DNA of 64,000 nucleotides from the human T2T-CHM13v2.0 reference genome, Homo sapiens: NCBI RefSeq assembly GCF_009914755.1, contig NC_060931.1, one strand, 5' to 3'. Below the pieces are notes generated by a model, which saw only the letters and a program-made list of their open reading frames with translations, ran no database searches and had not been told where the DNA came from. Made by a program: the position numbers and the translations under genes. Positions 1 to 13,301 of the stretch are shown here, piece by piece; positions within the stretch are counted from its first letter, which is position 1; each line of letters starts with the position of its first letter.

Positions 1-637
1 GCCCTGACAGCTCTGGAAAAGCAAAGAGGCTTCCTTTGACTCCCTCGCAGGTCTCCATGCTGTGCGCGGCTGCCAAGCCACAGGGCCAGCTCTAGGAATG
101 TGTTTTTAATATTCATTGTTCACTCTGTCTGTTCCTGATGTGTGCGCTGCAATTATTGTAATTCTTTGCACATGTGTTGTTATGAAATGGGTGCCTTTTA
201 AGCTATGCCAGGATATTTTTTTTTCCGAAACCCAAATATATTATTTCTACCTATGTTTCAGTTAGTTTGCCATGCTTCTTTATTTTATTTCAAAGATCAG
301 TCTGGGCGGCAAAGAAAGAGTGCAGTGTGCACAAAGCAAGGTTCGCCTGCTTTCCTCATGGTAGAACAGTTGCTTTTGATTTAGGTTTGTGTGGTTTCCA
401 CCTCACTCTCTTGTTTTCTTCTTTCCATGTGCACAACTGAGCTGACTTTCAGACATACACAGCCCACATGTGCTGCTCCTGGAGTAGCCATCTGCACCCA
501 GGAGAAAGGCACACATGCAGCGTGCAGAACACAGACATGCACACATGTGCATGCAGACAGCATTTGGGTGGAAGATTTCTTAATATTCATCTTGTATCCC
601 TCTTAGTGGTGAGGAGGGAAAAGAAGTCTAGAAAAAC

Positions 638-687
638 TCCTTTCTTTTCTTTCTTCTTTTTTCTTTCTTTCTTGCTTTCTTTCTTCT
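638..687. repeat. TTTC-rich low-complexity polypyrimidine tract
   Basis: Degenerate (TTTC)n/(TTC)n run, read directly. Confidence 0.8.
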
Positions 688-1262
688 AATTGAGGCTTTT
701 CTGACACAATGTAGAAACTTCAGTCACCAGGGCACAAAAAGCATTATGTTTCTTCATTAATTCAGATTGAGGTGTTTTTTTTTCCTTGTCTTTTTTTTTT
801 TAATCCAAGAAAAATAACAGATGTAAATCTGAAAGGCCAGATTTTAACATCCACTGACACATTTTAAGTTTCTTACGACAAGACAAAAACTTAGTAAATT
901 AAGAATGACTATTGTATCACCTTTGAGAAGTTAGTCTTGAGATTCACAGAAGCTAAATTAAGAATAAAACGGCAGAGGAGTCCACCTGGCAAACACCACC
1001 AACTATCCCCATATACAGATTCCTTTCTTTAGAGATTCTCGGGCCACTGTCTGTTTTTGCTAGCAGAGAAATCTGACACAGTCACACCCCTGCCTGCTAA
1101 GCATTTTACTTTCATTGTTAACCATATCCATTTGTCACCATGAAACAGTATTATTTTAAGGTAGCAGGGAGGCAGGACTGCTTGTTGCATAATGGTGCTC
1201 TAGCTCTCATTGCCAAGAAGGAATCAAAGAAATGGACGGTGGTTAATGTGGGAAATCACACC

Positions 1263-1390
1263 AGAGAGAAAGAAACATGCAGAGAGAGACAGAGACAGGG
1301 TGTTGGTGGGAGGGAGGAAAGGGTAAAGAGAAATAGATAGACACAGACAGGCAGGGAGAAAGATATTGAGAGACAAAAAACAGAGATGAG
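1263..1390. repeat. GA-rich low-complexity tract
   Basis: Interrupted (GA)n/(GACA)n purine-rich stretch. Confidence 0.6.
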
Positions 1391-1975
1391 ACCTGCACAG
1401 AAAGGCTAGAATTTCCATGAAAAGATTTATAAAAGGATGATCTAGCTGTTGCTAGGGAGCTGGGAGAAGAGCAGACACACCCTCCACCTGATTTTCTGTA
1501 TCGATCTGCATGTCTCTGTTTGCATCGTCTCTCCAGTGAGGGGGCTGGAGAAAGAGGAAAAGACATTTGACAAAACGGCCTTCTTAGAAACAGACTGCTC
1601 TACAGCACACTTTGTGCAGAGTGAATTTGAGCTGCTGTGTTGGGAGCATGTCTGAGGTCAAAGGGCACAGTCCCACACCCGAAAGTTGCAAGGCCAAGGC
1701 TGTACTCATCAAGCTATGTATGGGGAACAACCCACTCTCCTGTATGACAGCTCTTGGATGTGTGACCCAGACCAGGTGGGTCCTACCTTCCCCTGACTAA
1801 AGGACTGTATTGTGGTGACCTATTTGTGTAAACAGGGAGCTTGGTCTTATTGTTGCACAGGCCTGGAGTTGGGAAGAGGAATCTATACTGCCAGAAACCA
1901 GCAATGGCTCTGGGTGAGATTGGTGGGAAGTGGGATGGAAGTCATTGCCACTCCAGGATCACCTGCGTGGCAGCC

Positions 1976-2382
1976 TGTATGGGTCAGGGTTCTCTAGAGA
2001 AACAAAACAGACACAGCAAGAGGGAAAGCAAGAGAAAGAGATTTTAAGTAATTGACTAACAATTTAAGGAGCTGGCTAGCAGGGCAGGCTAGCAGCCTGG
2101 AAAATTTCAGGAAGGGCTGATGTTGCAGTCTTGAATTCAAGGGCAGCTGAGAGGCAGAATTCCTTCCCCTTCCAGCAAACTGTCTTTTCTCTTAAGGCTT
2201 TCAACTGATTGGGTAAGGCCCACCCACACTGCGGAAAGTGATCAGCTTTATCTAAAGTCTACTGACTTTAATTTTAATCACCTCTAAGAAAATACTTGCA
2301 CAGCAATATCTAGACTGGTGTTAAACCAAACAACTGAATACCATAGTCTACCCAACTTGACACAAAAAAATTAACTACCACA
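1976..2382 (-). mobile_element. MLT2C/D-like ERVL solo LTR
   Basis: TG...CA termini (tgtatgggtcagggttctctagagaaac ... ttaactaccaca) match the reverse complement of the MLT2 consensus; degenerate 5-bp TSD cagcc/tagct. Confidence 0.85.
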
Positions 2383-2894
2383 TAGCTCCATGACTGTGGG
2401 TGGATAATGTTCATCTATTTACTGAGCTAATATGTCAAAGTTCCAAAGGTCTGAAGTAGGCAGATCTGTACATTGGAGCCAGTGTGATAGAAGCTGGAAC
2501 CTTCATCTAGCATAGCTGTTGCTTTGTTCTGTCACAAGAAAATTCCTTCCAGAATTAGGTCTTTGAAAGGCGGCTCCTCTAAGGAATTTATCTCCACCCT
2601 GAATTCACTTTTCCTATTTAGTCCAGACCCTCTTTAAAGTCTCAGCTAGATGATCAGACCACCACCATTGGAAACTTCACCCTATCACACCCCTGGGTCC
2701 ATCCTTTGTCCACACTCCAGAAAAGTGCCTCATACCCAGGCCTGATGTTCACTGAACTGTCCTCCACTCCGCTGTGGGCTCCAGAAACCCTGGGCGTGTC
2801 AACTCTACTCCTACATGGTAAAGCAAATACAGGTGTCCTAATTTGTGCTCGGTCTCCCCAAAAGTGAGAGCTATGGCTGCTTACCCCAGCACAG

Positions 2895-3176
2895 TAAGGT
2901 TGTCAGATTTAGAGAAAAATAAAAAGCCCAACTAAACTTGAACAACAGATAATTTTTATTATAAATATATTCCATACTTGGGAAATACTTGCACTAAAAA
3001 ATTATTCACTGTTGATCTGAAATTTATTCCATTAAATTTGAATTCCAGATCAACCACAAATAATTTTTAGTATAAATATCTCTCATTCAATATTTGGGAC
3101 ATAATTATAAAAAAATTCCTTGTTAATCTGAAATTCAAACTTAACTGGGCATTTCATATTTCATCTGGCAATCCTC
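2895..3176. mobile_element. MER53 hAT MITE with internally duplicated palindromic core
   Basis: Termini taaggttgtcagattt / atctggcaatcct; the core tttttagtataa...ttgggacata...aaaaaatt occurs twice; ~280 bp versus ~190 bp consensus. Confidence 0.8.
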
Positions 3177-3619
3177 CAAGGTGACCCAAATTACAAGGAC
3201 ACCCCTCCAACTCTTGCAATATTTTTGTCTCAGAGATAACATAGCCTGATTTTCTGTCTAGTAACAGATACGTTTCCATAGGCAAAGCTTTGGGTCTTGC
3301 TCCCTCTATAACAAAAGCTTCTGACCACCTCCCCTCCCAACACTAGCTGCCCTGGAGGGATGGAGCCACTCCAGCTTTATCCCTTCTCCTAATTGGGGTA
3401 GGGTGGGAGGAGTACCCAATTCATCCTGTTCAGATGGGTGGATGTTCAGAGAAGGGGTCATTGACATCCCCAGTCATTCGGGCTCAAGACTCCAGAGCCA
3501 TCCTCAATTCTCTCTTTCCTTTGGTCTTCCCTTACAGTGCTTTATTCACAATGTCTTTTGTGTCTTCTCTCTTTCATCACAGCTATGCTTCTAATCCAGA
3601 TTCATTATTTTTCACTTAG

Positions 3620-4320
3620 GTGACAACATGAACTTCTGAATTTTTTCTTCCTGCCTGTAGCATCTCTCTTCCACAGTCCATCTACCACACTCACTGTCCT
3701 GAAGTTCAGAACCATCATATCATCCAAACACTCCCAGCACTCAGAGGCACTTTGTCTCCAGAATGCCTGCCAAATGAAGTCATATATTTTGGCCTACATC
3801 AAGTCCAAACAGCAAGGCCATATATCATTCCCTTAAGCAACTGACTTTAAACAGAGGTCACAAACTTTTTCTCTAAAGAGCCAGATAGTAAATTTTTTAG
3901 ACTTTGAGGGCCATACAAGCCTCTGTCACAATTACTCAACTCTGTTGTTGTGTGAAAGCAGTTATAGACAATACATTAATGAATGGGCATGGCTGTGTTC
4001 CAAATCAATTTTATTTATCAAAACAAGTGGAGGGGACAGTTGGCCCACTGTAGTTTACAATTCCCTTCTCTAGCTGCCAAATCAAACCTGTTCTCCAAGT
4101 GTCAGCTCAAGTACCTCTGTCTCTGTAAAGCTCCCTCTGATTCACCCAGTTTGAAGTGACTCCTTCCTCACTCCATGCACTTTATGCCTCTTTTATGGCA
4201 ATGCGCATATTCTGCCTTGCACAGAGTCCTTGCCCTCTCTGTGTTGACAAGTTTGGCATTCCTTGCAGAGGCTGCCACAATCCTTTACTCAAGGTAGATA
4301 TTTAATAATAAAGTATTGGT
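3620..4320 (+). mobile_element. L2 LINE 3' fragments, interrupted by MER58A
   Basis: Degenerate L2 motifs (tcagctcaagtacctct..., ggtagatatttaataa). Confidence 0.5.
3852..4067. mobile_element. MER58A hAT-Charlie MITE
   Basis: cagaggtcacaaactttttctctaaagagccagatagtaaat...gggcatggctgtgttcca...tagtttacaattccc matches MER58A end to end. Confidence 0.85.
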
Positions 4321-5019
4321 AGGAAGAATGATTGAAGGTCACTGGAGAGTAGGTCCACAGAAAGGGCAGAGGCTTGATCAACTACAGCTTCCTGCATCTC
4401 CTCTGGGAAAAGCGTGAGTTCCCTTGAAAGCCAATGCCTTCTAGAGGAGTCCAAATTCCAGGCCAGTCAGCCATCATTTAAAACACACAGAAGCCTGCCC
4501 ATCAAAAATAAATTAGCTAAACATTCAATTCCCCAACCAGGAAGGTTGGTATTGCAAATGGATTTGTGCTGAAACCATTTTCCTTTTTGAAATGCACCCA
4601 AGTTTTAAAATAAATGGCTTCATCTGATCTGAACTGCCAACACATTCCTCCAAATCCATCCCTTGAGAGAACCTTGTTAGCTGCTTTAGCTCAAATCCAC
4701 ATGGCTCCAGAACATCTTAGCTTCTCATAGCAAGGCTGGAAACAGCCAGGCCCTGAGTGCCTCAGAAAAAGGTTTTCAGAGCTGGGAAGAATGAACTGAG
4801 GGACAGAGCAATCACACAAATATTTCTCCAGCAGAATAACTAGGAAAGTCTAAAAAAGGGGTTTTAGGTTAGTTATCGAAAATTGCAAGCAAATGTATTT
4901 CTATAGTTCTTTCGCATTATTTTCTTTCTTTCTTTTTTCTCTCTTTTTTTTTTTTTTTGTCTTAAGGATGGTTTGATTACATTACCACATGCTTGATTTT
5001 GGCTCTCTAATCATTTTAA

Positions 5020-5160
5020 GTGCATGTCATATCTCCTGTATTAATCTATAGGCTTCTCAAGAGAAGGATACACATTTTCTATTTCTTGCATACCTCCTGG
5101 CATTATAATACCAGGGCCACAGTAAATAGTAAACACACAATAAATATGTGAATAAATGGG
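5020..5160 (+). mobile_element. L2 3' end fragment
   Basis: L2 tail ...agtaaacacacaataaatatgtgaataaatg. Confidence 0.55.
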
Positions 5161-7538
5161 GTATATTAATCTGCTAGAGTCCTTGATGGGGAAATTAAGT
5201 TATTCAAGTTAATTTTTTAAAAAAGAATTCCTCTCTCTTTAAAATCATGATTCCACCTCCTCTTCACCACCAACTAGTACCTCTAAATCCTTTGCAATTT
5301 CCAGAACAATGAAGGGAAAAACCAAAATTTTGCTGCTTGCAGCTAAATTTTATAAGAAAGTTATTTCGATGGTGAGACACAATGCACCAACACTCTCAAA
5401 TAGATGAATAACAAAACTTTTTTCTGCTTCCAGCTGCAAATAAAAGAACAGAATGATGCCACCCAGGGCCACACAGGGACTGCACCTGAGGCAAGGCAAC
5501 AGCAAGCTTGAGCTATAGCAGGCAGTTTGTGCATGGCAAGTTGGGTGGGGTTAGCTAGGTTTCCTAAGCTCCCTGTGAACTGGCTTATTTGAATAATTTC
5601 TCTGGCTCACAGGGGCTGTTCTTAGTTGTCTGGTACCTGGCCATGAGGCATTTAGAGATGTTGCACAGAGTTCCAGAATGTGAGAGCCTGATAAGGGAAG
5701 TCCTTGGGGGTATGGACTTAATCAGCGGCTCAGAGAGGGAAGCTGACCAGCCTCCAGCCAGTGCCTCAAAACTGGGTGAAGACAGCATTCCTTTTTAAAA
5801 AACTATATTTTAAACAATAACAGCAGTCACTGACAAAACTCTCAGCTAGTAGAATATTTGTTTCATAAAAACAGGTTCCTGCCTAGATTGTTCTCCTTGT
5901 CACTGTATCCCAATGCTAGTATGTTGAAGGCACCCCCCACATTTTCTTGAATAAATTGAATCCATCCATACTTTCAACCCTACAGCAGGGCAGAAAGGTG
6001 GCCCTGTTGGGCCAAACCACTGGCCCGGGCCAGGGCAGAAACCACAGGCCTGAGTTCTACAACACTTTCAGTAGATATTGAGGGCTCTACCGCAGGGGGA
6101 AAGACTGTAGTAAATCTATCCAGGAAAAAAAAAAAAATGGAAGTCAGGTCAATATTGGTCTGTCAAGAGATTATATCCATAATGTGGAATGTTTTCATTT
6201 TATTGAAATGACAGATATCATACTGATCAAATCTTGAGAGCAAAGTAACAATTGGGAGTAAGAGAAATGGGAATGAGAAAAACAGAACCTGGTCAAATGC
6301 CAGCTACGTTGCAATGGTTCTACTGTAGAGTAGAAGACAATGAAGCTTCAAAGATCAAAAATAAAGGGAAAGAAAAACATGAGACTGGTTCACAGAAGCT
6401 CAAGGGCTTTGGGAAGAGTGAGAGTCACTGATTTTAAAAGATCATGTGGCACTAAGCATTTGGAGGGACTATCATAGCTTGTTAGCAGAAAATAACTGAA
6501 AGAAAATATATCTAGATTAAATAAATATTATAGATAAAATAAACAGGAAATAATGTCTTGGACTGTAGGAAGTAAATCATTAGTCTAATTAATGCAAGAA
6601 AACAGACTTTAAAAATTATATTATAACCAGTTTAGTGTTTCTATGGGAAGTACCACAGGATGAGAGTTTCATGATAAATAGCTTTAGAAAATTCCAGGTT
6701 AAGCAATTCTAAATGATTTACTCATCACAGGACCAATCAGATTCTTTACTATGTTAACGTGTGTTGGGAACCACCAAGAGGAAGGTGTGATGTGAAGGTC
6801 TTGGCCAGAGAACCCTTCTTTCTTGGAGCAGCTTATATAATTCATTTTTTCCATGGCACACTCTTTAATAAAGCCTATGATAACATAATTTTTTTCTCCA
6901 CCCCTGTTATTTTTGTAGTAACAAAAGTTATTTTATTCTGCCAGAGAATCTAGACAACTATGTTCCAAAATATATAACACCTACCTCTTAGGAAATAACT
7001 AGAAAATTCTTCAGTATACTACAGGCATCTATGTCTTTTGAGAGAATGCATCTATCTGGCCTCTCTGTGACATTCTTGGGGCAGACCAAATATATATGAT
7101 GTTATCAGCTTTCCTCAGTGCTGAAAAAATAAACTCAAAAATAAAAATAAAACAGATTTGAAGCAGGCTGTGGTGAATGATGAGAAAACAATACTCCAAA
7201 CTTAATGTTGACCCCTGTCCCATCCCACTCTCATCATCTGCTTAATTAAAAGCCTAGAAAAGAATTAACTTAAACTCTGGAACCAAAGCAGCAAGTGAAG
7301 GATAACATTAACTAGAATTTCAATTTCTGCAAGTCTTTGTAAAATTTGGCAGTGACTTGTATTGAATGAGCATCTGATTATGACATCAAATAATATCAAA
7401 TATCAGCATTTAGTTACTTAGCTTGATATGTCAAGCAGAAGCAAAATGTGCAGTCAACATTTCAGGAACAGAAAACTGTGATAGGCAGGTCTTCACTTAG
7501 TGATTCACTCAGCGATTCTGTGACAAGTAATCAGTCTT

Positions 7539-7570
<32 letters not shown>

Positions 7571-8458
7571 TGTAAACCTTCTTGCAAGGATCTTGTGACT
7601 CTGATGCCCTAATGCAGAAGTTATTCATTGATATTTTGAATGTTGTAAGGTCATTTTATAGGACCTTCAAGGAACTACTGACATTACTTTTTGATTATTT
7701 AAACTTCCTTTAAATATCTATTGAGTCATAAACACATAGCCATGAAAGCTGCTATAAGATCACTGATGTTACAAGGAAAACAGCCTAGAATTTGGTGACT
7801 TTCAGTAACAGTTCCAACAATGGCTTTTTTTATTGAAGTATTTATTGAATACATACCATGTGTCAGCTCTTTAGTCCCCTGGCCTGCTTAGCTCTACTTT
7901 ATAACTAAATGACCAAGATGGCCTAGTCAACCAGGCAGTCTTTAAACTACTTTCAATGGCAAAAGGAATAGACTGAAGGTCATATAGTCACAAATAGCAA
8001 GCAGACATCCTGGGCTCATGTATTGCCATTGGCTAAAATGAACTCAAATCTAGGAAACTGTGCCTTTGGAAAACTCAGGTGCACTTGTATACCAGGTAGC
8101 AAAATTATGAATACCATTTCCAAAAGAGCAAAGAAAGTGAAGCTTCTTTATTGTTCTATAACTATGGTGACCAAAAGGGGGGTCATCCTAGCCTATACCT
8201 ATTGTCCCAGTATCCCAATTGATCTAGCATTTGTCCCAGATTTTAAAATTTTAATGATTAATAATTACTAATAGTTGCATTGGTAGATCTCTACTTTGTG
8301 TATTCAGCTTCTGACATGATCTTGTATAACGGGAGATCAATGTGCAATGAACAAATTTTTTACTTTAATGTGTGATTGAAACTAAAAGATGTACATCAAT
8401 AACCCATCTCCCTTTCCACTGTTTTGTCCAGGCTCACTATAACAAGCACTTCCCTTTC

Positions 8459-10917
8459 TTTTTTTTTCCATAAGTTATTGTGGTATAGGTGGTATTTGGT
8501 TACATGAGTAAGTTCTTTAGTGGTGATTTGTGAGATTTTGGTGCACCCATCACCCAAGCAGTGTACACTGTACCCTATTTGTAGTCTTTTATCCCTCACC
8601 CCTCTCTCACCCTTCCCCAAGTCCCCAAAGTCCATTGTATCATTCTTATGCCTTTGCATCCTCATAGCTTAGCTCCCACATATCAGTGAGAACATACGAT
8701 GTTTGGTTTTCTATTCCTGAGTTGCTTCATTTAGAATGATAGTCTCCAATCTCATCTAGGTCGCTGCAAACACCATTAATTCATTCCTTTTTATGGCTGA
8801 GTAGTATTCTATCATATATTTATATGATACATCATATATTTATATGTGATATAAATATCATATATTTATATGATATTTAAGAATATATCTATCTATCTGT
8901 ATATATATATATCTCACAGTTTCTTTATCCACTCATTGATTGATGGGCATTTGGTTGGTTCCATGATTTTGCAATTGCAAATTGTGCCACTATAAATATG
9001 CATGTTCAAGTATCTTTTTCATATAATGACTTCTTTTCCTCTGGGTAGATACCCAGTAGTGGGATTGCTGGATCAGATGGTAGTTCTACTTTCAGTTCTT
9101 TAAGAAATCGCCACACTGTTTTCCATAGTGTGCTAGTTTACATTCCCACCAACAGTGTAGAAGTGTTTGCTGATCACCGCATCCATGCCAGCATCTACTG
9201 TTTTTTTATTTTTTTGATTATGGCCATTCTTGCAGGAACAGGGTGGTATTGCATTGTGGTTTTGATTTGCATTTCTCTGATCATTAGTGATGTTGAGCAT
9301 TTTTGCATATGCTTTTTTTCCATTTGTACATCTTCTTTTGAGAATTGTCTATTCATGTCCTTAGCCCACTTTTTGATGGGATTGTTTGTTTTTTCTTACT
9401 GATTTGTTTGAGTTTGTTGTAGATTCTGGATAATAGTCCTTTGTCAGATATATAGATTGTGAAGATTTTCTCCCACTCTGTGGGTTGTCTGTTTACTCTG
9501 CTGACTGTTCCTTTTGCCCTGCAAAAGCTCTTTAGTTTAATTAAGTCCCAATTATTTATCTTTGTTTTAATTGCATTTGCTTTTGGGTTCTTGGTCATGA
9601 AATCCTTGCCTAAGCCAATGTCTAGAAGGTTTATTTCCAATGTTACCTTCTAGAACTTTTATAGTTTCAGGTCTTAGATTTAAGTCCTTAATTCATCTTG
9701 AGTTGATTTTTGTATAAGGTAAGAAATGAGGATCCAGTTTCATTCTCCTATATGTGGCTAGCCAATTATCCCAGCACCATTTGTTGAAAAGGGTGTCCTT
9801 TCCCCACTTTATGTTTGTGTTTGCTTTCTCAAAGATCAGTTGGCTGTAAGTATTTGGGTTCATTTCTGGGTTATCTATTCTGTTCCATTGGTCTATGTGC
9901 CTATTTTTATACCAATACCATGCTGTTTTGGTGACTATGGCCTTATGGTATTTTTTGAAATCAGGTAGTGTGATGTCTCCAGACATGTTCTTTTTGCTTA
10001 GTCTTGCTTTGGCTATGCAGGCCCTTTTTTAGTTCCATATAAATTTTAGAATTTTTTTTTTCTAATTCTGTGAAGAATGATGGTGGTATTTTGATGGGGA
10101 TTGCATTGAATTGGTAGATTGCTTTTGGCAGGATGGTCATTTTCACAATATTGATTCTACTGATCCATGAACATGGGATGCATTTCCATTTGTTTGTGTC
10201 ATTTATGATTTATTTCAGCAGTGTTTTGTAGTTTTCCTTGTAGAGGTCTTTCACCTCCTTGGTTAGGTATATTCCTAATTGTTTTATTTATTTATTCATT
10301 CGTTTGTTTGTTTGTTTGTTTGTTTGTTTGTTTTTGCCCCTATTGTAAAAGGGGTTGAGTTCTTGATTTGATTCTCTGTTTGGTTGCTGTTGGTGTATAG
10401 AAGAGCTACTGATTTTTGTGCATGAATCTTGTATCTGGAAACTTTGCTGAATTCTTTCATCAGTTCTAGGAACTTTCCAGGGGAGTCTTTGGGGCTTTTG
10501 AGGTAAACGATCATATCATCAGCAAACAGTGACAATTTGACTTCCTCTTTACTGATGATGCCCTTTATTTATTTTTCTTGTCTGATCGCTCTGACTAGGA
10601 CTTCCAGTACTATGTTGAAGAGGAGTGGTGAGAGTGGGCATCCTTGTCTTGTTCCAGTTCTCAGAGGGAATGCTTTCAACTTTTCCTCATTCAGTATTAT
10701 GTTGGCTGTGGGTTTGTCATAGATGGCTTTTATTACATTGAGGTATGTCCCTTGTATGCCAATTTTGCTGAGAGTTTTAATCATAAAGAGGTGCTGGATT
10801 TTGTCAAATGCTCTTTCTGCATCTGTTGAGATGATCATGTGATTTTTGTTTTAAATTTTGTTTATGTAGCATATTGCATTTATTGACTTGCGTGTATTAA
10901 ACTATCCCTGCATCCCT
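8459..10917 (-). mobile_element. 5'-truncated L1PB (L1PB1-like) LINE-1
   Basis: Poly-T at left; L1PB 3'UTR (ttccataagttattg...); ORF2 RT and C-terminal peptides on the minus strand ([22 protein letters not shown]); 15-bp TSD aagcacttccctttc / aagcacttctctttc (8444-8458, 10918-10932). Confidence 0.95.
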
Positions 10918-11339
10918 AAGCACTTCTCTTTCAAAGACAGCATGCATGGCACTTTCTGATAAATGCAATGCAGTCAGACAAGAGAGAGCTCATGAAGCTA
11001 ATTTACCAAAGTTTGAGTGGTCTTGAGAGGACTCAAAACCATTGCCTCTGCTGGCCATTGTTGGGCCAGTCAATTGTGCTGTGGCCTATGCCACACCCTT
11101 CAAAATGCATGAAACCACTGAGACATCAGTTGGCAGAGTCAGTAGAAATGTGGGACTTCATCAGTTAGTTGGGAAATATGAATGAGAACTAGAGGCTAAG
11201 CTATCTTGCCATAGAACTTAGAGAAAGTAGCCTTAGTATCCTCATTACATGTGTAATTTACTGTACGGTTTAATATGCATATCTCTATTAGTATTAAGTT
11301 ATGCTGTTTTGTTTTGCAAAAAAATCTTTCAGCAGCAAT

Positions 11340-13020
11340 CAAAAAAGCAAAAGTACGTATTTAGTGAAAAACCAAGCTCGAAATTTTGATTTCACAATGA
11401 AGTTGATGAATGTGGAACTTATAAAGAATATTTATAAACACAGTTTAACATCAGCCATGAAGGTTGAGTGACACACGACCATATGAAAACCAGAAGACAC
11501 AAATCTTCTGAAAAAGCACCAGCATCTATTGAAAAGTTAGAAGTTACTTTAAGACTGTGTCCAATAACTAGACTGTTGAACATGTGTGCGTACAGAAGGT
11601 GTGTTTATATTACTCAGTGGAGCAAAACTTCCCATTTACCTAAAATGATTGTTCTTCTACATTACTGTCATCCACTTTGAATTCCAAGTTTCCTTTTGGA
11701 TCTATAAAAAGTACAGTGATTACTGTTCACGTGTTGGCTTCATTAGCAGAAGAACTGCACAAACAGTTAAATAAGGCCAGTTTTTACCAGTGCCCTAGAT
11801 ACTTCAAAGAGAAAATCATTTGCAATAAAGATTTGTTTTTATTTATTAAATTCATGAAATCAAAATACATCTTTTGAATATTCATTCTGTTAAAATAAAA
11901 TATTTGACATTATTGTGAATATGATTAGAGGCTCATGTAAAAAGTTCAACATTAAAGATAAAATTATTTGTTGTGTGGTATATCAACACAAATTTTGGCA
12001 GAGTGGATTGTTGTGGTAGAAACTGAATATTCTTACTAAATTAAGAAATTTTTGGAGCAGAAAGGTATTTGAAATTGGCTGTAGTACACATATAATTAAT
12101 AATTACATCTTTAAAAGCTGTTATTTTCCACTGATCAAAATAGAAATTGTACTTGTCAAAATGTATATAAATATTATACACATACGAGCTCATGTACATG
12201 CAAAATCAGAGTAACCGAAGTACAAAACTTTCTATGCGGAAGATGGTACACAACATCATGATGAAATATACACTTTCTTTGCTGCCCGCCATCCAGGTCA
12301 GCCCCTAATGTTTGCAGAACCCATCGCAAGAATATAAAAGAAAGCCCACATATTGTGAGTCAAAGGATTTATAAGTTATAAATCAAGGCAGCAAACTGTT
12401 TAATAAAATATATTTGATTCTACCATAACAAATATACTTTCCTAATGGCCTGAAAAGCCAGGTTATAATTTAGACTTTCCAGAGTCCTTCAAATCCCTGT
12501 GTGGGGAAAACACCCCCTTCCAGCCCCTCCCTAGCTCATCCTCCCTCCAGCTTCATCTGACACAGCAGGGGGCCTCCTCCAAACACATGAGGATATCCCA
12601 GACAAGCCCACATGTCCAAGCTCTGTCATGATGACTGCTCTCTCCACTCCCAAACAGCTGTTTCTTGGCCTACTCTTAGGCCCCAGGGTGGCCATGCTAG
12701 TAGTGAGACCTACCCTTGGAAGACAGAATCCAGGAAAGATATCTGCCTATCCCTGGAGCAGATCAGGGCAATCTGGGCAAGGAATTCTGGGGTCTAGGCC
12801 ACCTGAGCGTATGTCTGGGTAGGCATGTCTCCTTGCCTGCTCAGATTCAAGTTGAGCTGGAAAGAAGCCAAAGCAAAGCCCTCTAAAGTACAGGGCCTTG
12901 GGCGGTGGTCTCTCTTGCTCAGTTTATACCTAAAGGTGACAATGACAGGATCAATTGGATTTTAGAAATGTTTGAGTTTTTAAAGAGCCATTTTGAAAAT
13001 CAACTCAAGTGCTTAAAAAT
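11340..13020 (+). pseudogene. Degenerate hAT (Blackjack) transposase
   Basis: BED-finger-like FNISHEG..DHMKTRRHKS, INTNFG, hAT CxxH motif (IGCSTH, 12074-12091), and SLLPAI|NWILEMFEFLK across the MER115; many stops and frameshifts. Confidence 0.75.
12294..12944. mobile_element. MER115-like hAT-Tip100 non-autonomous element
   Basis: Starts caggtcagcccctaatgtttgc...aagttataaatcaag and ends ctctaaagtacagggcc...ctaaaggtgacaatg; splits the Blackjack reading frame. Confidence 0.7.
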
Positions 13021-13127
13021 AGTGCGCACACACACAATTACCACATCCCTGAAGCTTTGAAAATGGAAAAAGAAACATTATTAAGTCAGAAAATGAGAAT
13101 AGTGTGAAACTTCAGAGACCCCCTAAG

Positions 13128-13301
13128 CAGGGTCAGCTTCATGGGTGTGTGATCTATGCAGTCACACAGGGTCCCCAGGCTCAGAAGGGCCCTACATTGG
13201 GTTTCATGCTTGCCTGTCTCCTTGACCCTTTTAATAATTTGAACAAGAAACTCCATGTTTTCATTTTGCACTGGCCTCTGCAAATCATGTAGCCAATCCT
13301 G
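13128..13301 (+). mobile_element. MER45A hAT-Tip100 MITE
   Basis: cagggtcagcttcatgggtgtg...gcaaatcatgtagccaatcctg, full length; degenerate 8-bp TSD cccctaag/ttcttaag. Confidence 0.85.

Larger units (their letters stand above)
8163..13025 (+). mobile_element. BLACKJACK hAT DNA transposon fossil in three pieces (8163-8458, 10933-12293, 12953-13025)
   Basis: Left terminus tatggtgacca; degenerate hAT transposase peptides; the pieces rejoin when the L1PB and MER115 insertions are removed. Confidence 0.75.
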
